Part shown: positions 9,091-18,899 of the stretch, one piece after another
How the letters are laid out: each line of letters opens with the position of its first letter
Numbering within the stretch: position 1 is the first letter of the stretch
Origin: an uncultured Candidatus Saccharibacteria bacterium
GTDB lineage: Bacteria > Patescibacteriota > Minisyncoccia > Phycocordibacterales > UBA9973
Direction: 5' to 3'
Assembly: GCA_964348725.1 (NCBI GenBank)
Contig: CAYGDG010000001.1
Coordinates: 1,898 to 65,897 of the forward strand
Length of the DNA stretch: 64,000 nt
The notes under the pieces: model-generated
Told to the model about the DNA's origin: nothing
The model's input: the letters and a program-made list of their open reading frames with translations, nothing else
The model's database searches: none
Program-made: the position numbers and the translations under genes

Positions 9091-10086
9091 ATGCTGAACC
9101 CGAAATTAAAATTAAATCCGAAAGTATTTAATGCCGAATGCGAGCAGGTACCCATCCGCCAGGGCTTTGGGCAGGGCCTTTTGAAAGCGGGCGAGCTGGA
9201 TGAAAATGTCGTCGCTCTGTGTGCAGACCTGACCGAAAGCACAAAGATGAATTTATTTGCCGAGAAATTTCCGAAGCGCTTTGTGGAGATCGGCGTGGCA
9301 GAGCAGAACTTGGCGACGGTCGCCAGCGGCATGGCCGCGATGGGAAAAATTCCTTTCTGTTCTTCATATGCTATGTTTTCTCCTGGCAGGAATTGGGAGC
9401 AGATACGCACGACCATCGCATACAACGACCGCAAGGTCGTCATCGTCGGCTCGCACGCGGGCATTTCTGTGGGTCCCGACGGCGGTACGCACCAGGCGCT
9501 CGAAGACATGGGCCTGATGCGCCTGATTCCGAATATGGATGTCATTTCTCCGTGCGATGCGCTGGAAGCCAAACGAGCGACGCTCGCTTTAGCCAAATCA
9601 AAACGTCCGGCATACCTGCGCCTCGCTCGCGAGAAGACACCGATAATTACCACAGAAGAAACTCCGTTTGAAATAGGCAAAGCAGAAATATATTGGCTGC
9701 CGGACAGCGGTCTTGCTCATGTAGGCATCATCGCCACCGGCGCGCTTGTGCATAAGGCGCTCCTTGCCGTCAAAGAACTTGAAAATGAAATTAAAATAAA
9801 AGTATTGAACCTGCCTTCGGTAAAACCGCTTGATAGAGAAGCAGTCATTGCTCTGGCTAAAGAATGCAAAGCGATCGTGACGGTAGAAGAACATCAAAAA
9901 ATGGGTGGTATGGGTTCAGCTGTCGCTGAAGTATTGGCCCAGGAATTTCCAGTACCTATAGAATTCATCGGTGTGGCTGATCGATTCGGCCAGTCCGGAA
10001 CACCGGAAGAGCTCGTAGAAAAATACGGTATGGGAAAAGATTCTATAGTAGAAGCAGTGAGGAAAGTGTTGAAAAGAAAAAATTAA
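9091..10086 (+). CDS. tktB: Transketolase, C-terminal (pyrimidine-binding) subunit
   Basis: ORF 8995..10086. The plausible start is MLNPKLK at 9091, just after the tktA stop. FGQGLLKAGELDENVVALCADL and IGVAEQNLATVASGMA motifs. Confidence 0.85.
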   Translation: MLNPKLKLNPKVFNAECEQVPIRQGFGQGLLKAGELDENVVALCADLTESTKMNLFAEKFPKRFVEIGVAEQNLATVASGMAAMGKIPFCSSYAMFSPGRNWEQIRTTIAYNDRKVVIVGSHAGISVGPDGGTHQALEDMGLMRLIPNMDVISPCDALEAKRATLALAKSKRPAYLRLAREKTPIITTEETPFEIGKAEIYWLPDSGLAHVGIIATGALVHKALLAVKELENEIKIKVLNLPSVKPLDREAVIALAKECKAIVTVEEHQKMGGMGSAVAEVLAQEFPVPIEFIGVADRFGQSGTPEELVEKYGMGKDSIVEAVRKVLKRKN

Positions 10087-10706
10087 TTCTGACGCATTTG
10101 CTTTTTTATCTCCAATCGTTCTTTCTTTTCCTTCTGTTCATTTTCATACGATTCTCGTTCTTCGTCAGATTCATAATTTTCAGCGTACATAATCGCATTA
10201 TCAAGCTCTTTTTTGTAATGTTGTCTTATCAAGTTAATTTTAAATATCGCTTCATTTTTTGCGGCAATTTTAGCACTTAGATCTTCTTTTAGGCCTGGAA
10301 GCATGCCAGCCGTATCTATATTTTTTAGTCTCTCTAATTCCGTCTCTTCCTTTAATAAATCGTTATTTATTTTTTCTATATTTTGTTCAAACCGAGGAAT
10401 ATCCTCGATTGATTTTAAGATTGATTGCCGACTCTGCTTTTCTTTAAATTCTTCTTTGGAGAGATTGATAATTTGTTGATTGATTGTTTCTTTCACCGAT
10501 TCGTTATTAATTGTCGCACTCATTATATTTGTAAAATTTTCCTCCCCAAAAATATCTTTTAAATGCTCAAGTATGGCATTTATATCTTCCTGAGATTCTT
10601 GCCCCAAGGCATTTTTCTTGAAAAAGTTTATTTCAGATGCTGAAATCTTGTTTGACCAAAGCCCACCTTCTTTTACTTTTCTCAGAAAAAAGTCTTCTTT
10701 ATCCAT
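10083..10706 (-). CDS. Hypothetical coiled-coil protein
   Basis: 207 aa, K/E-rich with heptad-like regions. No enzymatic motif recognised. Confidence 0.4.
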   Translation of the reverse strand: MDKEDFFLRKVKEGGLWSNKISASEINFFKKNALGQESQEDINAILEHLKDIFGEENFTNIMSATINNESVKETINQQIINLSKEEFKEKQSRQSILKSIEDIPRFEQNIEKINNDLLKEETELERLKNIDTAGMLPGLKEDLSAKIAAKNEAIFKINLIRQHYKKELDNAIMYAENYESDEERESYENEQKEKKERLEIKKQMRQN

Positions 10707-10707
10707 A

Positions 10708-11703
10708 TTAATTTATTTCATTAGCTTTATAATTTGCCGGCGCGTTGGCGAGCAACGTTTCCAGCTTTTCGCGGGAAAGCAGGCCCTTCTGGGCTCCTAT
10801 ATATTGTACCACTGACATGGAATTTATGGGACCCCAGGCCAGAGCTTCAGGGACTGATTTGCCCAGGGCTATTGCCGCAGTAAAGGTAGAAGAAAATGCG
10901 TCTCCAGCACCTGTCCTGTCTACCGGGGCGGCAGTGTCCGGATACATCGGAATAGTCCAGATATTTTTTCCGTCAGATGCCGTAGCGCCGTTTGGGCCGT
11001 CGCTGATGCACACAATTTTTGGGCCCAGCGCGTGGATGCCGGCGATTAAAATTTTAATATCTTTATTCTGAATATTTAAAATCCGCTCCGCTTCCTCTAC
11101 ATTGCAGAAGAAAATTTCCGTGCGCTCATAGATGGCATGCAATTTTTCCGTGCCCAGCTTCATCTGGAATGTGCCTGGCTGGAAGGCGAGCTTCGTCTCC
11201 GGATGCGCTGCGAGCCATGCGCCTAGTTTTTCATGGAAGGGTAAGGAATTTTCTGCCAGCGACGAAAGATACACCCATTTCACCGGCGGAAGCGTCGGCA
11301 AATCATATTCAAATTCCTCGTGCTTGATAAGTATCGTGCGCTCTACGCCATACCACAGCACATAATGGTAATTCGTTTTCTTACCGGGATTTACTTTCAC
11401 AAATTCTTCGCTCACATTGTCTTTCAGAAGGGAAGCGAGGCATTTTTTGCCGTCTTCATCATCCCCGACATTTGAAAGCAGGGCAGAGGAGAGGCCGAGG
11501 CGAGCGGCGGACACGGCGGCATTCGGGCTGTTGCCCACGGCGTAGAGAACATCCACCGATTCATACGGCACCTTGTCACCGAAGCGCACACAGAGCTCCG
11601 AAGAATCCATATCTATCTTGGAATGCACATGCGCATCTTTCATTTTAATGAATGCGTCTATCACGATGTCGCCGATGGCGAGGAAATCTATGTTTTCAGT
11701 CAT
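10708..11703 (-). CDS. PfkB-family carbohydrate kinase (ribokinase-like)
   Basis: N-terminal LAIGDIVIDAF and C-terminal DRTGAGDAFSSTFTAAIALGKS (the GAGDAF anion-hole motif); 331 aa. Confidence 0.75.
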   Translation of the reverse strand: MTENIDFLAIGDIVIDAFIKMKDAHVHSKIDMDSSELCVRFGDKVPYESVDVLYAVGNSPNAAVSAARLGLSSALLSNVGDDEDGKKCLASLLKDNVSEEFVKVNPGKKTNYHYVLWYGVERTILIKHEEFEYDLPTLPPVKWVYLSSLAENSLPFHEKLGAWLAAHPETKLAFQPGTFQMKLGTEKLHAIYERTEIFFCNVEEAERILNIQNKDIKILIAGIHALGPKIVCISDGPNGATASDGKNIWTIPMYPDTAAPVDRTGAGDAFSSTFTAAIALGKSVPEALAWGPINSMSVVQYIGAQKGLLSREKLETLLANAPANYKANEIN

Positions 11704-11739
11704 GCTGGAATTATACTAGAAAACTGCATATTGCAAAAG

Positions 11740-12141
11740 CTATGCTTTTTTGGCAGGTCGGCACTTTGCACAGGTGCAGCCGTATGGCTTGATGTATTCG
11801 TCAAACATCTCTTTGCCGTAATCATAACAAAGCTCTTGGTCCGCCGTGATATTCTTTTTCGCGGATATCCAGATCCTGCCGCCAATGATATCTACTTCGC
11901 AATTCGCGACCGATTTGCAGGCGTGATTGATATAGCGCGCGAGATTTTTCCGGCTCTTGCCGTCGATCGTCCATTTGGAATTTATTTCGAAGAGATACAT
12001 CCCGCCGCGACGGTTTGCTTCTTCAGCGGTAATCTTGTCGCCGACATACTCGATTATTTTTTTACCTTTCTGGATCGGTGCGGTTATATACAGCCCCAGG
12101 CCGGCGGTGGATCTTTTTATTTTGAGCAGGGAATTTTGCAT
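11740..12141 (-). CDS. SET-domain protein (putative protein lysine methyltransferase)
   Basis: GLGLYITAPIQKGKKIIEYVG, YINHACKSVANCE (an NHSCxPN-like motif) and ELCYDYG (an ELxxDY-like motif), followed by a Cys-rich post-SET tail GCTCAKC; 133 aa. Confidence 0.7.
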   Translation of the reverse strand: MQNSLLKIKRSTAGLGLYITAPIQKGKKIIEYVGDKITAEEANRRGGMYLFEINSKWTIDGKSRKNLARYINHACKSVANCEVDIIGGRIWISAKKNITADQELCYDYGKEMFDEYIKPYGCTCAKCRPAKKA

Positions 12142-12210
12142 CCAAACATTATACTATGAAGAAAAAGAAATCCTAATGAAACAAGAAAGATTATGTGATA
12201 AAATGACGTA

Positions 12211-15200
12211 GTGGAAAAAATACCCCAGCAGTCCCCAAAAAGCTCCGAAAATAAAGAGCAAAAAACTGTTATCGCCCCGCTGAGCCTCGAATATTTCAAT
12301 AATACTGCGGAAGGAAAGAGATATAAGGAAGAAATTATTTCATTGCTGCCGGACCTGAACCAGCAATTCAAATTTCCCGGCGGGGAGCAATTTAGAATGC
12401 TCGATTATTTACATCAAGCAAGAATAAAATATTTTTTAGGGGAAAAATTTGAAGATGACATCGAAGCTGCGAGAGGCTTATTTAAAAACGTCCAAGATAC
12501 CCAGCAGAAGCAGTTAATGGAGAACAACTATGCTGACGGCCTGATGTCTTTGATGGAGGAATTCCAATCTCCCGATGATCGATATGTGGAACAGCTACTC
12601 CGGCTCGCTTCGGAACTTTCTACCGCAGATTTTATTTTAAAGAATCATAAACAAGATAAAAGCGCATTAGTGCAGCGTGTCGCCAGTTTATATGCGGAAA
12701 GTGGAAATTTCGAAAAAATTCCCAAATTATTTGAAGAAATCAAATCTCCTTTCCATCAGATTATTTTTTTTACTGACTTGATCAAGACTACTGACGATAG
12801 GGAGCAGGTCGAAAGTCTACTATCAAAAGCGAAAAATATTTTTTCAAAAGTGAATAAATCCGATTATCTATACCGTAAAGCTGCGGAAAAACTTATCTAT
12901 GCTCTCGCGCAGAACGGGTACCAGGCGGAAATCGGGCAAATCCTTAATTCTATGAGTAATAATGCTTCCAAAATAAATACGTTACTTTCTTTAGCAAAAA
13001 TGAATAATTTTTCTGAAGATACAAAAAACAAATTTCTTCAGTCGGCGCTTGAAATTGCGGAAAGCGAAAGCAATAGCGATATCGATAAAAATAATAATTA
13101 TGGCAGGATTGCGGCCTGGTATGTCGATAATAATAATACGGAAAAGGCTGATGAAATTTTAAAGCTTAATGAGCCGGGTACTACTTTTCAACCTTCAAGT
13201 TTTCTTGAAGGTCTGTCTCCACACTCTTTGCGTCACAATGAAAGAGCCAGAGAGTATGTCACTCAGTATCTAGCAGATGAGACTGTTTTTAAGCCAGTGA
13301 GCCGTGATATTAATAATGGCACTTTTATTAAAACCTTTACGCAAATGGGTCTCAATGACGAAGCTATGGATATAATTGCAGATCTCAATCTTGTGAATCC
13401 CCATATAACCCTTAGCAATATTAATTCTTTTATCAATGGCATAAATGATTATCTGTCCGCAGAAAAGACAAACAAAAAAGAAATTCAGCAAAATACAGGT
13501 GTGGAATTTTATGCAGATATTTTTTCCACTCCCAAAAAAGCTTTTTGGGCGGGATATTTTATGCTTGGAAAAAAAGAGCACATGAGTGCTGATATCCCTG
13601 AACACATACAAATAGCTTATGAATTGGGAGAATCCTATGACTATAAATATAAAAAGTACAAAAAGACACCATATGATTTTGGAGCCCTGCATGATGCTAA
13701 ATCCGTAAGAACCTTCCTCCAAGCAATGGAGAATTATAAATTTGAAAATATTCCCGAAGCTTTGGAATCTATATTGCAGGCATTGCCGGAAGAAGCGGAT
13801 CAGGCTGTCTATGAATTTATTTCAACCAATCCTGAAGCCGCTCGTCGATTGATAAAAGTGCTGATTTCCATAGATGCGAACAAGGGCAGTCGATATGCGC
13901 TTGACTTGATTGCGCGTAAAAGCACACCGGATAAAGTATTTACTTATTTCTCGAAATTGTTTATGGAGCATGGCCGCTTTACAAAAGAACTTGCTCCTTT
14001 TCTTTCGGAGCCTGAAGATATCCTTATCGTCAGACGACTTGTCTCTCAATACCCGAATCAGCTCAATAATGTAATAGACACTTTAGCCCAAATAGGATTG
14101 AAAAACTTTGCCAAAGAGGAAACCCTTTGGGATGCTCTGGAAGATCTAGGAACTTTGACTCCGGGTATATATAAAAAGTACCGTTCCTTGAATCCGTTAG
14201 AAAGAAAGAAGTTCGTGGAAAAAGTAGAAAAATTTGACTATTCAAACTTCTTTGAAAATAAGCCTGTCCCAGGCGGCGAGGCCGATCAGGAATTTGATCA
14301 GGATGTCATGCTCGATCTGCTGTACAGAGCTTATAATCCCGTAAATATGAGCTACGAACGTGTAAGGGAATTATTGCCCCAAGTCAAAGACAGGACAGGG
14401 GATCTGAAAAATTATTTTTTCCCCTCGAGCTATGACGTAGAATTTTCAGTGCCGTCGTATGTATTGAAGACCGGTGAAAGCATTTCAGGGGAAACGCTCG
14501 GAAAAATAAAAAATGTTTTAAACAGCGCTGATGACCAGCTTACGGACGAAGCGTTTTTGAAGCTCATCCGGGCGACGACCGATTTTACTGAGGCCGAAGC
14601 TGCCGCTCTTTTTTCAGTGTTGAGAAATGAGTCGCAGGTACTGGCGGCGAAAAGCAATATGTACTCCGGTCTCGATACTAATGCGTTCCAGGATCTTTCT
14701 TCCCTGAAAGAAATATTCGGTGTTTTTGCCGCGGACAATTTTGGCACAAAAATGATGGAAAAAATAAAGCAGGAAAATAAGATATCCAATAAAGCGGAGC
14801 AATTGTTAAAAAATCACACACGTCGTAAAAATCTTCTGAAAGCTCTCGGCTATCAGTCGGAAAATGAGCTCACAGAAAGCATTCCCACTATAGAACTGGC
14901 CTCACGCCTCTTCGCGGAGCAAGTACTGTCCAAATATGTTGTGCTCATCAATAAGGAGCTACGCAAATTCATTTCTTCTCCCGACGCCGGCCAAGCAAAA
15001 AAGAATGCGAAAGCGTATGTTTCAAAAAACCAAGGATCATTTTTTGCAAAAGCGACTGCCGGAATATGCACGGCAGGAGATGTAGAGCTGTGGGATATGC
15101 CGAATCATTTTCATATAAACATTGTGAATGAAAATCAAATGGTCAAAGGCAATACGATGGCGTATATAGAAAATGTCGAAGGGAAGAAATCTTTGGTATT

Positions 15201-15465
15201 GCGCGGCTTCAATCCCTCGGATATGTATCTCAAAGAAATAACTGCCGAGTCGTTTGTGGAGGAAATGCTGAAAGTTGCCCGAGATTTTAAAAAGCTAAAT
15301 AATCTGGAGCATATTTACATCATAATAGGGGGTACGTGGGATTCCAATAGACCCCAGATTAGAAATTATCTTGCGCAACAATATCTTTCCAAATTAAAAG
15401 CCGTTCCTTATGAGATGGCAGTCTCTGGGTTTTCGAAGACACAAGGTGTTTTTCTCCTGGAATAA
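12211..15465 (+). CDS. Giant (1084 aa) orphan protein in an AT-rich island. Function unknown.
   Basis: A single uninterrupted ORF, K/E/N-rich and predicted all-alpha. No signal peptide, no Walker A motif and no recognisable catalytic motif. Its GC is visibly lower than the flanking housekeeping genes. Confidence 0.5.
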   Translation: MEKIPQQSPKSSENKEQKTVIAPLSLEYFNNTAEGKRYKEEIISLLPDLNQQFKFPGGEQFRMLDYLHQARIKYFLGEKFEDDIEAARGLFKNVQDTQQKQLMENNYADGLMSLMEEFQSPDDRYVEQLLRLASELSTADFILKNHKQDKSALVQRVASLYAESGNFEKIPKLFEEIKSPFHQIIFFTDLIKTTDDREQVESLLSKAKNIFSKVNKSDYLYRKAAEKLIYALAQNGYQAEIGQILNSMSNNASKINTLLSLAKMNNFSEDTKNKFLQSALEIAESESNSDIDKNNNYGRIAAWYVDNNNTEKADEILKLNEPGTTFQPSSFLEGLSPHSLRHNERAREYVTQYLADETVFKPVSRDINNGTFIKTFTQMGLNDEAMDIIADLNLVNPHITLSNINSFINGINDYLSAEKTNKKEIQQNTGVEFYADIFSTPKKAFWAGYFMLGKKEHMSADIPEHIQIAYELGESYDYKYKKYKKTPYDFGALHDAKSVRTFLQAMENYKFENIPEALESILQALPEEADQAVYEFISTNPEAARRLIKVLISIDANKGSRYALDLIARKSTPDKVFTYFSKLFMEHGRFTKELAPFLSEPEDILIVRRLVSQYPNQLNNVIDTLAQIGLKNFAKEETLWDALEDLGTLTPGIYKKYRSLNPLERKKFVEKVEKFDYSNFFENKPVPGGEADQEFDQDVMLDLLYRAYNPVNMSYERVRELLPQVKDRTGDLKNYFFPSSYDVEFSVPSYVLKTGESISGETLGKIKNVLNSADDQLTDEAFLKLIRATTDFTEAEAAALFSVLRNESQVLAAKSNMYSGLDTNAFQDLSSLKEIFGVFAADNFGTKMMEKIKQENKISNKAEQLLKNHTRRKNLLKALGYQSENELTESIPTIELASRLFAEQVLSKYVVLINKELRKFISSPDAGQAKKNAKAYVSKNQGSFFAKATAGICTAGDVELWDMPNHFHINIVNENQMVKGNTMAYIENVEGKKSLVLRGFNPSDMYLKEITAESFVEEMLKVARDFKKLNNLEHIYIIIGGTWDSNRPQIRNYLAQQYLSKLKAVPYEMAVSGFSKTQGVFLLE

Positions 15466-15467
15466 CT

Positions 15468-15496
15468 TGACAAATTGATATCTTGGGTCTAGAATA
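15468..15496 (+). promoter_or_regulatory. Sigma-70-like promoter (TTGACA, 17-nt spacer, TAGAAT)
   Basis: ttgacaaattgatatcttgggtctagaat, located 28 nt upstream of the 15524 start. Confidence 0.4.
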
Positions 15497-15523
15497 TTCT
15501 TAAATTCTTAAACAATAATATCA

Positions 15524-16168
15524 ATGAAAACAACACCAACACCAATTCACCTTTCCCAAGTGGGAGAGCAATTAGGTCGGCTTTTCACAAAGCTCGCCGA
15601 GCCAGGGGGAAGTATTCTGTGGGAGAAACTCAATTATCTCCTTGATCAGGACTACTCGAATGATCACCCTTCGATGGTTCTTGGAGCCGTTTCGGCTGAA
15701 CAAGGAATCAAAGGCAAAGAGTTCTCCTTTTCCTTCAACGATTGCGACAAGTCTTGCCTCATAACCGAGGTAAAAAAGACCGTCAAGATCAAAGATTGGG
15801 CGAGTGATCTCATTCAGAAGAACACGCACTTTGCCATCGAGAAGATTGAAGGAAAACGAACCTTCCTTGCTGTCTCTTTGGCCGATCTCGGATTCAAGGA
15901 GAAGACGTCTCTTCCGGAGGTACTAACGAGAGCAAAAAAACTCGGATTAAATTATTGTCCGGACAGGACAGCATTGGAATATTGTTTGCACTCGCCGGCG
16001 ATCCTGAAAGCCGACAGGATATTTTTTGCTTCTGTTCCTGCGAGGATACCGAAAAGGGATCTGAAAGACCACATCTTACGCCTTTCAAAAGGGGAACTTG
16101 ATGCAGTCCGTGTTTTCTCGGATCGCTACCTGGTACCTGGGGATTTGATTATTTTCTTAAAAGGATAA
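15524..16168 (+). CDS. Hypothetical protein (214 aa) downstream of the giant orphan protein
   Basis: No recognisable motif. It has its own promoter and a strong terminator. Confidence 0.45.
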   Translation: MKTTPTPIHLSQVGEQLGRLFTKLAEPGGSILWEKLNYLLDQDYSNDHPSMVLGAVSAEQGIKGKEFSFSFNDCDKSCLITEVKKTVKIKDWASDLIQKNTHFAIEKIEGKRTFLAVSLADLGFKEKTSLPEVLTRAKKLGLNYCPDRTALEYCLHSPAILKADRIFFASVPARIPKRDLKDHILRLSKGELDAVRVFSDRYLVPGDLIIFLKG

Positions 16169-16175
16169 TCATTTT

Positions 16176-16214
16176 AAATGCCTTCTGAATTTTCAGAAGG
16201 CATTTTGTTTTTCC
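16176..16214 (+). terminator. Rho-independent terminator
   Basis: aaatgccttctgaa-ttt-tcagaaggcattt hairpin followed by tgtttttcc. Confidence 0.55.
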
Positions 16215-16262
16215 GATATTGGACTCCCAGAAAGAGGAGGGATATGTATCATAAAAAGGGAT

Positions 16263-16290
16263 ACTTGACTTTTTATTTAAAAGGTATATA
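16263..16290 (+). promoter_or_regulatory. Sigma-70-like promoter (TTGACT, 16-nt spacer, TATAAT)
   Basis: ttgactttttatttaaaaggtatataat, upstream of the 16384 gene. Confidence 0.35.
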
Positions 16291-16383
16291 ATATAAGAGT
16301 ACCGTAATTCACAGCTTTTCAACATATGTGCGCAGAAGGTACACAACAAAGCATTAAAAATTGGTATAATAATATTATAATAT

Positions 16384-17859
16384 ATGAATGATTTTAAAAA
16401 AGTGCGCAAAAACGCAGTCGTAAGCAAAGTTTCAAAGAAAATAAATTGGTCCAGGAACGGGATGCTCTCATCCGCGCTTCTTTTGGCTATTTCATTTTCT
16501 ATCGTCGCGGTTACCGGTGCGGCAAGTCCGATTCCGGATCCGGGACATCCTTTTTCTGAAATAGTAGATGCTCCTGTTGCCAATGGTGTGATCACCGCGG
16601 ACGGTATGCTTTCTCAAGCTGACTGGACTACATTCAATGGCAAGCAAGATGCGCTTGGTTTTACCGCAGTGCCAAATACAAGAACAATAAATAGCAATGC
16701 TTTGAGCGGGGATATTGTATTGGATACGGATGATATCGGAGAAGGCGCAACTAATCTATATTACACAGCAGCTAGAGCAAATGCGGATTTTGATACGCGA
16801 CTCGCTCTCAAGAGTACCACTGATGTAGCTGAAGGTACGAATTTGTATTATACAAATGCCAGAGCGGATGCCAGGATTGCGGCTGCAGCCGGCGTGAGCG
16901 TGGCTTCTTTAGTGGGCGGTACGATTCCAATTTCTCAAATTCCAGTTTCACTTATCGGTGCAGTCGCATATCAAAGCACGTGGGATGCGAATACAAATAC
17001 ACCTGCTCTTGCTGACGGCGTAGGAACTCGCGGAGACTATTATATAGTTTCAGTTGCCGGTGCTACAGCTCTCGGTATTGAAACTTCTTGGAATATAGGT
17101 GATTATGTTATTTACAATGGTACTACGTGGGAAAAAGTTCTCAATAATAACAGTGTCTTGTCTGTAAACGGATATGCAGGTGTTGTAAATCTAAATAAAA
17201 CTGATATCGGTCTTTCTAATGTAGAAAATACAGCACTTTCCACATGGGCTGGAAGTTCTGCTATTACAACACTCGGCACAATAACTACCGGAGTATGGAA
17301 TGGCACAGATATAGATCTTGCGACATATGTATCCGGCAATCTTCCAATTGCAAATTTAAACAGCGGCACGAATGCTTCCGCCACCACTTTCTGGCGCGGA
17401 GATGGCACATGGGCAAATCCAAATTACCGCACTCTCGTAATTTTAGGATCTGATGTTGTAAATAATAATGCTACTGCGAACACGATTGCTGATTGCACAG
17501 GATTATCTTTCCCAGTCATTGCGGGCAATAAATATAATTTTGAAGCAAATATATATTATACAGCAGCTTCAAATCTTACCGGTTCACGCTGGTCTATCAA
17601 TGGTCCGGCAATCTCTAATCTTGTATATAATTCCCGCTACTCACTGACAAGCACGACGACTACGCTCGGTAATTACATAGCATATGATTTGCCCGCGCTC
17701 TCTAATGCTTCTACGCCTTTCGGCAGCGGTACTGCGACAATTACAGGATTTATCACCCCGTCTGTAGACGGCACTGTAGTCGTACGGTTTGCATCCGAAA
17801 TTTCAAGCTCCGCGATCACGTGCAAAGCAGGAAGCACGCTGGAATGGTGGCAGTCATAA
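16384..17859 (+). CDS. Membrane-anchored surface protein with phage-tail-fibre-like repeats
   Basis: N-terminal TM ([16 protein letters not shown]). Repeated EG(A/T)NLYYT(A/N)ARA units: [52 protein letters not shown]. Confidence 0.5.
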   Translation: MNDFKKVRKNAVVSKVSKKINWSRNGMLSSALLLAISFSIVAVTGAASPIPDPGHPFSEIVDAPVANGVITADGMLSQADWTTFNGKQDALGFTAVPNTRTINSNALSGDIVLDTDDIGEGATNLYYTAARANADFDTRLALKSTTDVAEGTNLYYTNARADARIAAAAGVSVASLVGGTIPISQIPVSLIGAVAYQSTWDANTNTPALADGVGTRGDYYIVSVAGATALGIETSWNIGDYVIYNGTTWEKVLNNNSVLSVNGYAGVVNLNKTDIGLSNVENTALSTWAGSSAITTLGTITTGVWNGTDIDLATYVSGNLPIANLNSGTNASATTFWRGDGTWANPNYRTLVILGSDVVNNNATANTIADCTGLSFPVIAGNKYNFEANIYYTAASNLTGSRWSINGPAISNLVYNSRYSLTSTTTTLGNYIAYDLPALSNASTPFGSGTATITGFITPSVDGTVVVRFASEISSSAITCKAGSTLEWWQS

Positions 17860-17865
17860 TTTTAT

Positions 17866-18849
17866 ATGAAAAATATATTTAAAATTTTTCTTCCCGTTTG
17901 TGCGGTTCTATTCTTCTTTGGCGCATCTTCCGCTTCCGCCGGCTCGCTCTCATGCTATGTCGCGGCTGCGCCTGCGTCAGGCTCCGATGTAAAAATAATG
18001 GAAATGCGCGCGACAGCGAATTCACATGCGGCGCTTTCAGGTTCCGGCTATCCGCTCGGCGTGTACTGCAATGGTGTTTCTGGTCTCTCCACTTCATGTG
18101 CCGGGAATTTTGAAGTAGTCGCGAAACTCTCCGGCTCTGCTAACGCACATGTGAGACAGGGCGATCAGCCCGACGGTACCGATGGCATACATTATCTGCC
18201 GTCCCAGTATGCGTGTATCTCTGTGCCTACCGGCGGAAATATCGTCGTGGGCTATCAGGCGAACAATTGCAACGGTTTTGATACGACTCTTTTTTCCATG
18301 AACAAAACACCGACGAATTCCCATGTCGGCGAGAGCAGTGCGTATACAAATAAAGTGTGTGCTACAGGCAGTATGCCTTCCGGCGGCTCAGTACTTTTGC
18401 CTTCCAGTAATCCACCGGCGCCCATCACGCCTCCTGTCACACCTCTCACACCTGATCCGATTTCAGTTCCAGAAACAGATGGCAGAAATATCATTGACCG
18501 CGTGCTCGGTATAAATCGCCCAGTTTCTGCTTTACCTAATACAAATAGTGTGGATGATGACATACAAGTAGCCGGAGTTTCAGATAATACGGATGAAGTA
18601 TTTGGTATACAAAATTCCGGTTTTCCAGGAGGAACAGTGAATGAAGATGTGGCTGAAAACACTGTTGCGCCCGTAGTATCCAACACAAGAAATATTTTCT
18701 CAGCGGCATCAATATTCGGAAATAACGGTTTTCTGCCTGAAAGCCCGCTTGGCTGGGCGGCAGCCGGTGTGCTCCTTGCGGTGATATTCCTGCTCGGCAG
18801 GAGATTGGTTAAGAATAAGCTCAGGGTAGGAAAGAATGCTTCAGTTTAG
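17866..18849 (+). CDS. Secreted, Cys-containing surface protein with a Pro-rich linker and a C-terminal TM anchor
   Basis: Signal peptide MKNIFKIFLPVCAVLFFFGASSASA. PPAPITPPVTPLTPDP linker. C-terminus PLGWAAAGVLLAVIFLLGRRLVKNK. Confidence 0.5.
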   Translation: MKNIFKIFLPVCAVLFFFGASSASAGSLSCYVAAAPASGSDVKIMEMRATANSHAALSGSGYPLGVYCNGVSGLSTSCAGNFEVVAKLSGSANAHVRQGDQPDGTDGIHYLPSQYACISVPTGGNIVVGYQANNCNGFDTTLFSMNKTPTNSHVGESSAYTNKVCATGSMPSGGSVLLPSSNPPAPITPPVTPLTPDPISVPETDGRNIIDRVLGINRPVSALPNTNSVDDDIQVAGVSDNTDEVFGIQNSGFPGGTVNEDVAENTVAPVVSNTRNIFSAASIFGNNGFLPESPLGWAAAGVLLAVIFLLGRRLVKNKLRVGKNASV

Positions 18850-18899
18850 TATTTCTTTATCACAGCTTTAGATAATTTTTATATACAAGTGTATATATT

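Noticed and set aside
9069-9680. 203-aa ORF on the - strand and an 8995..9090 N-terminal extension of the tktB ORF
   Set aside because: Antisense to the transketolase C-subunit. The extension overlaps the tktA 3' end in a different frame. The start at 9091, right after the tktA stop, is more parsimonious.
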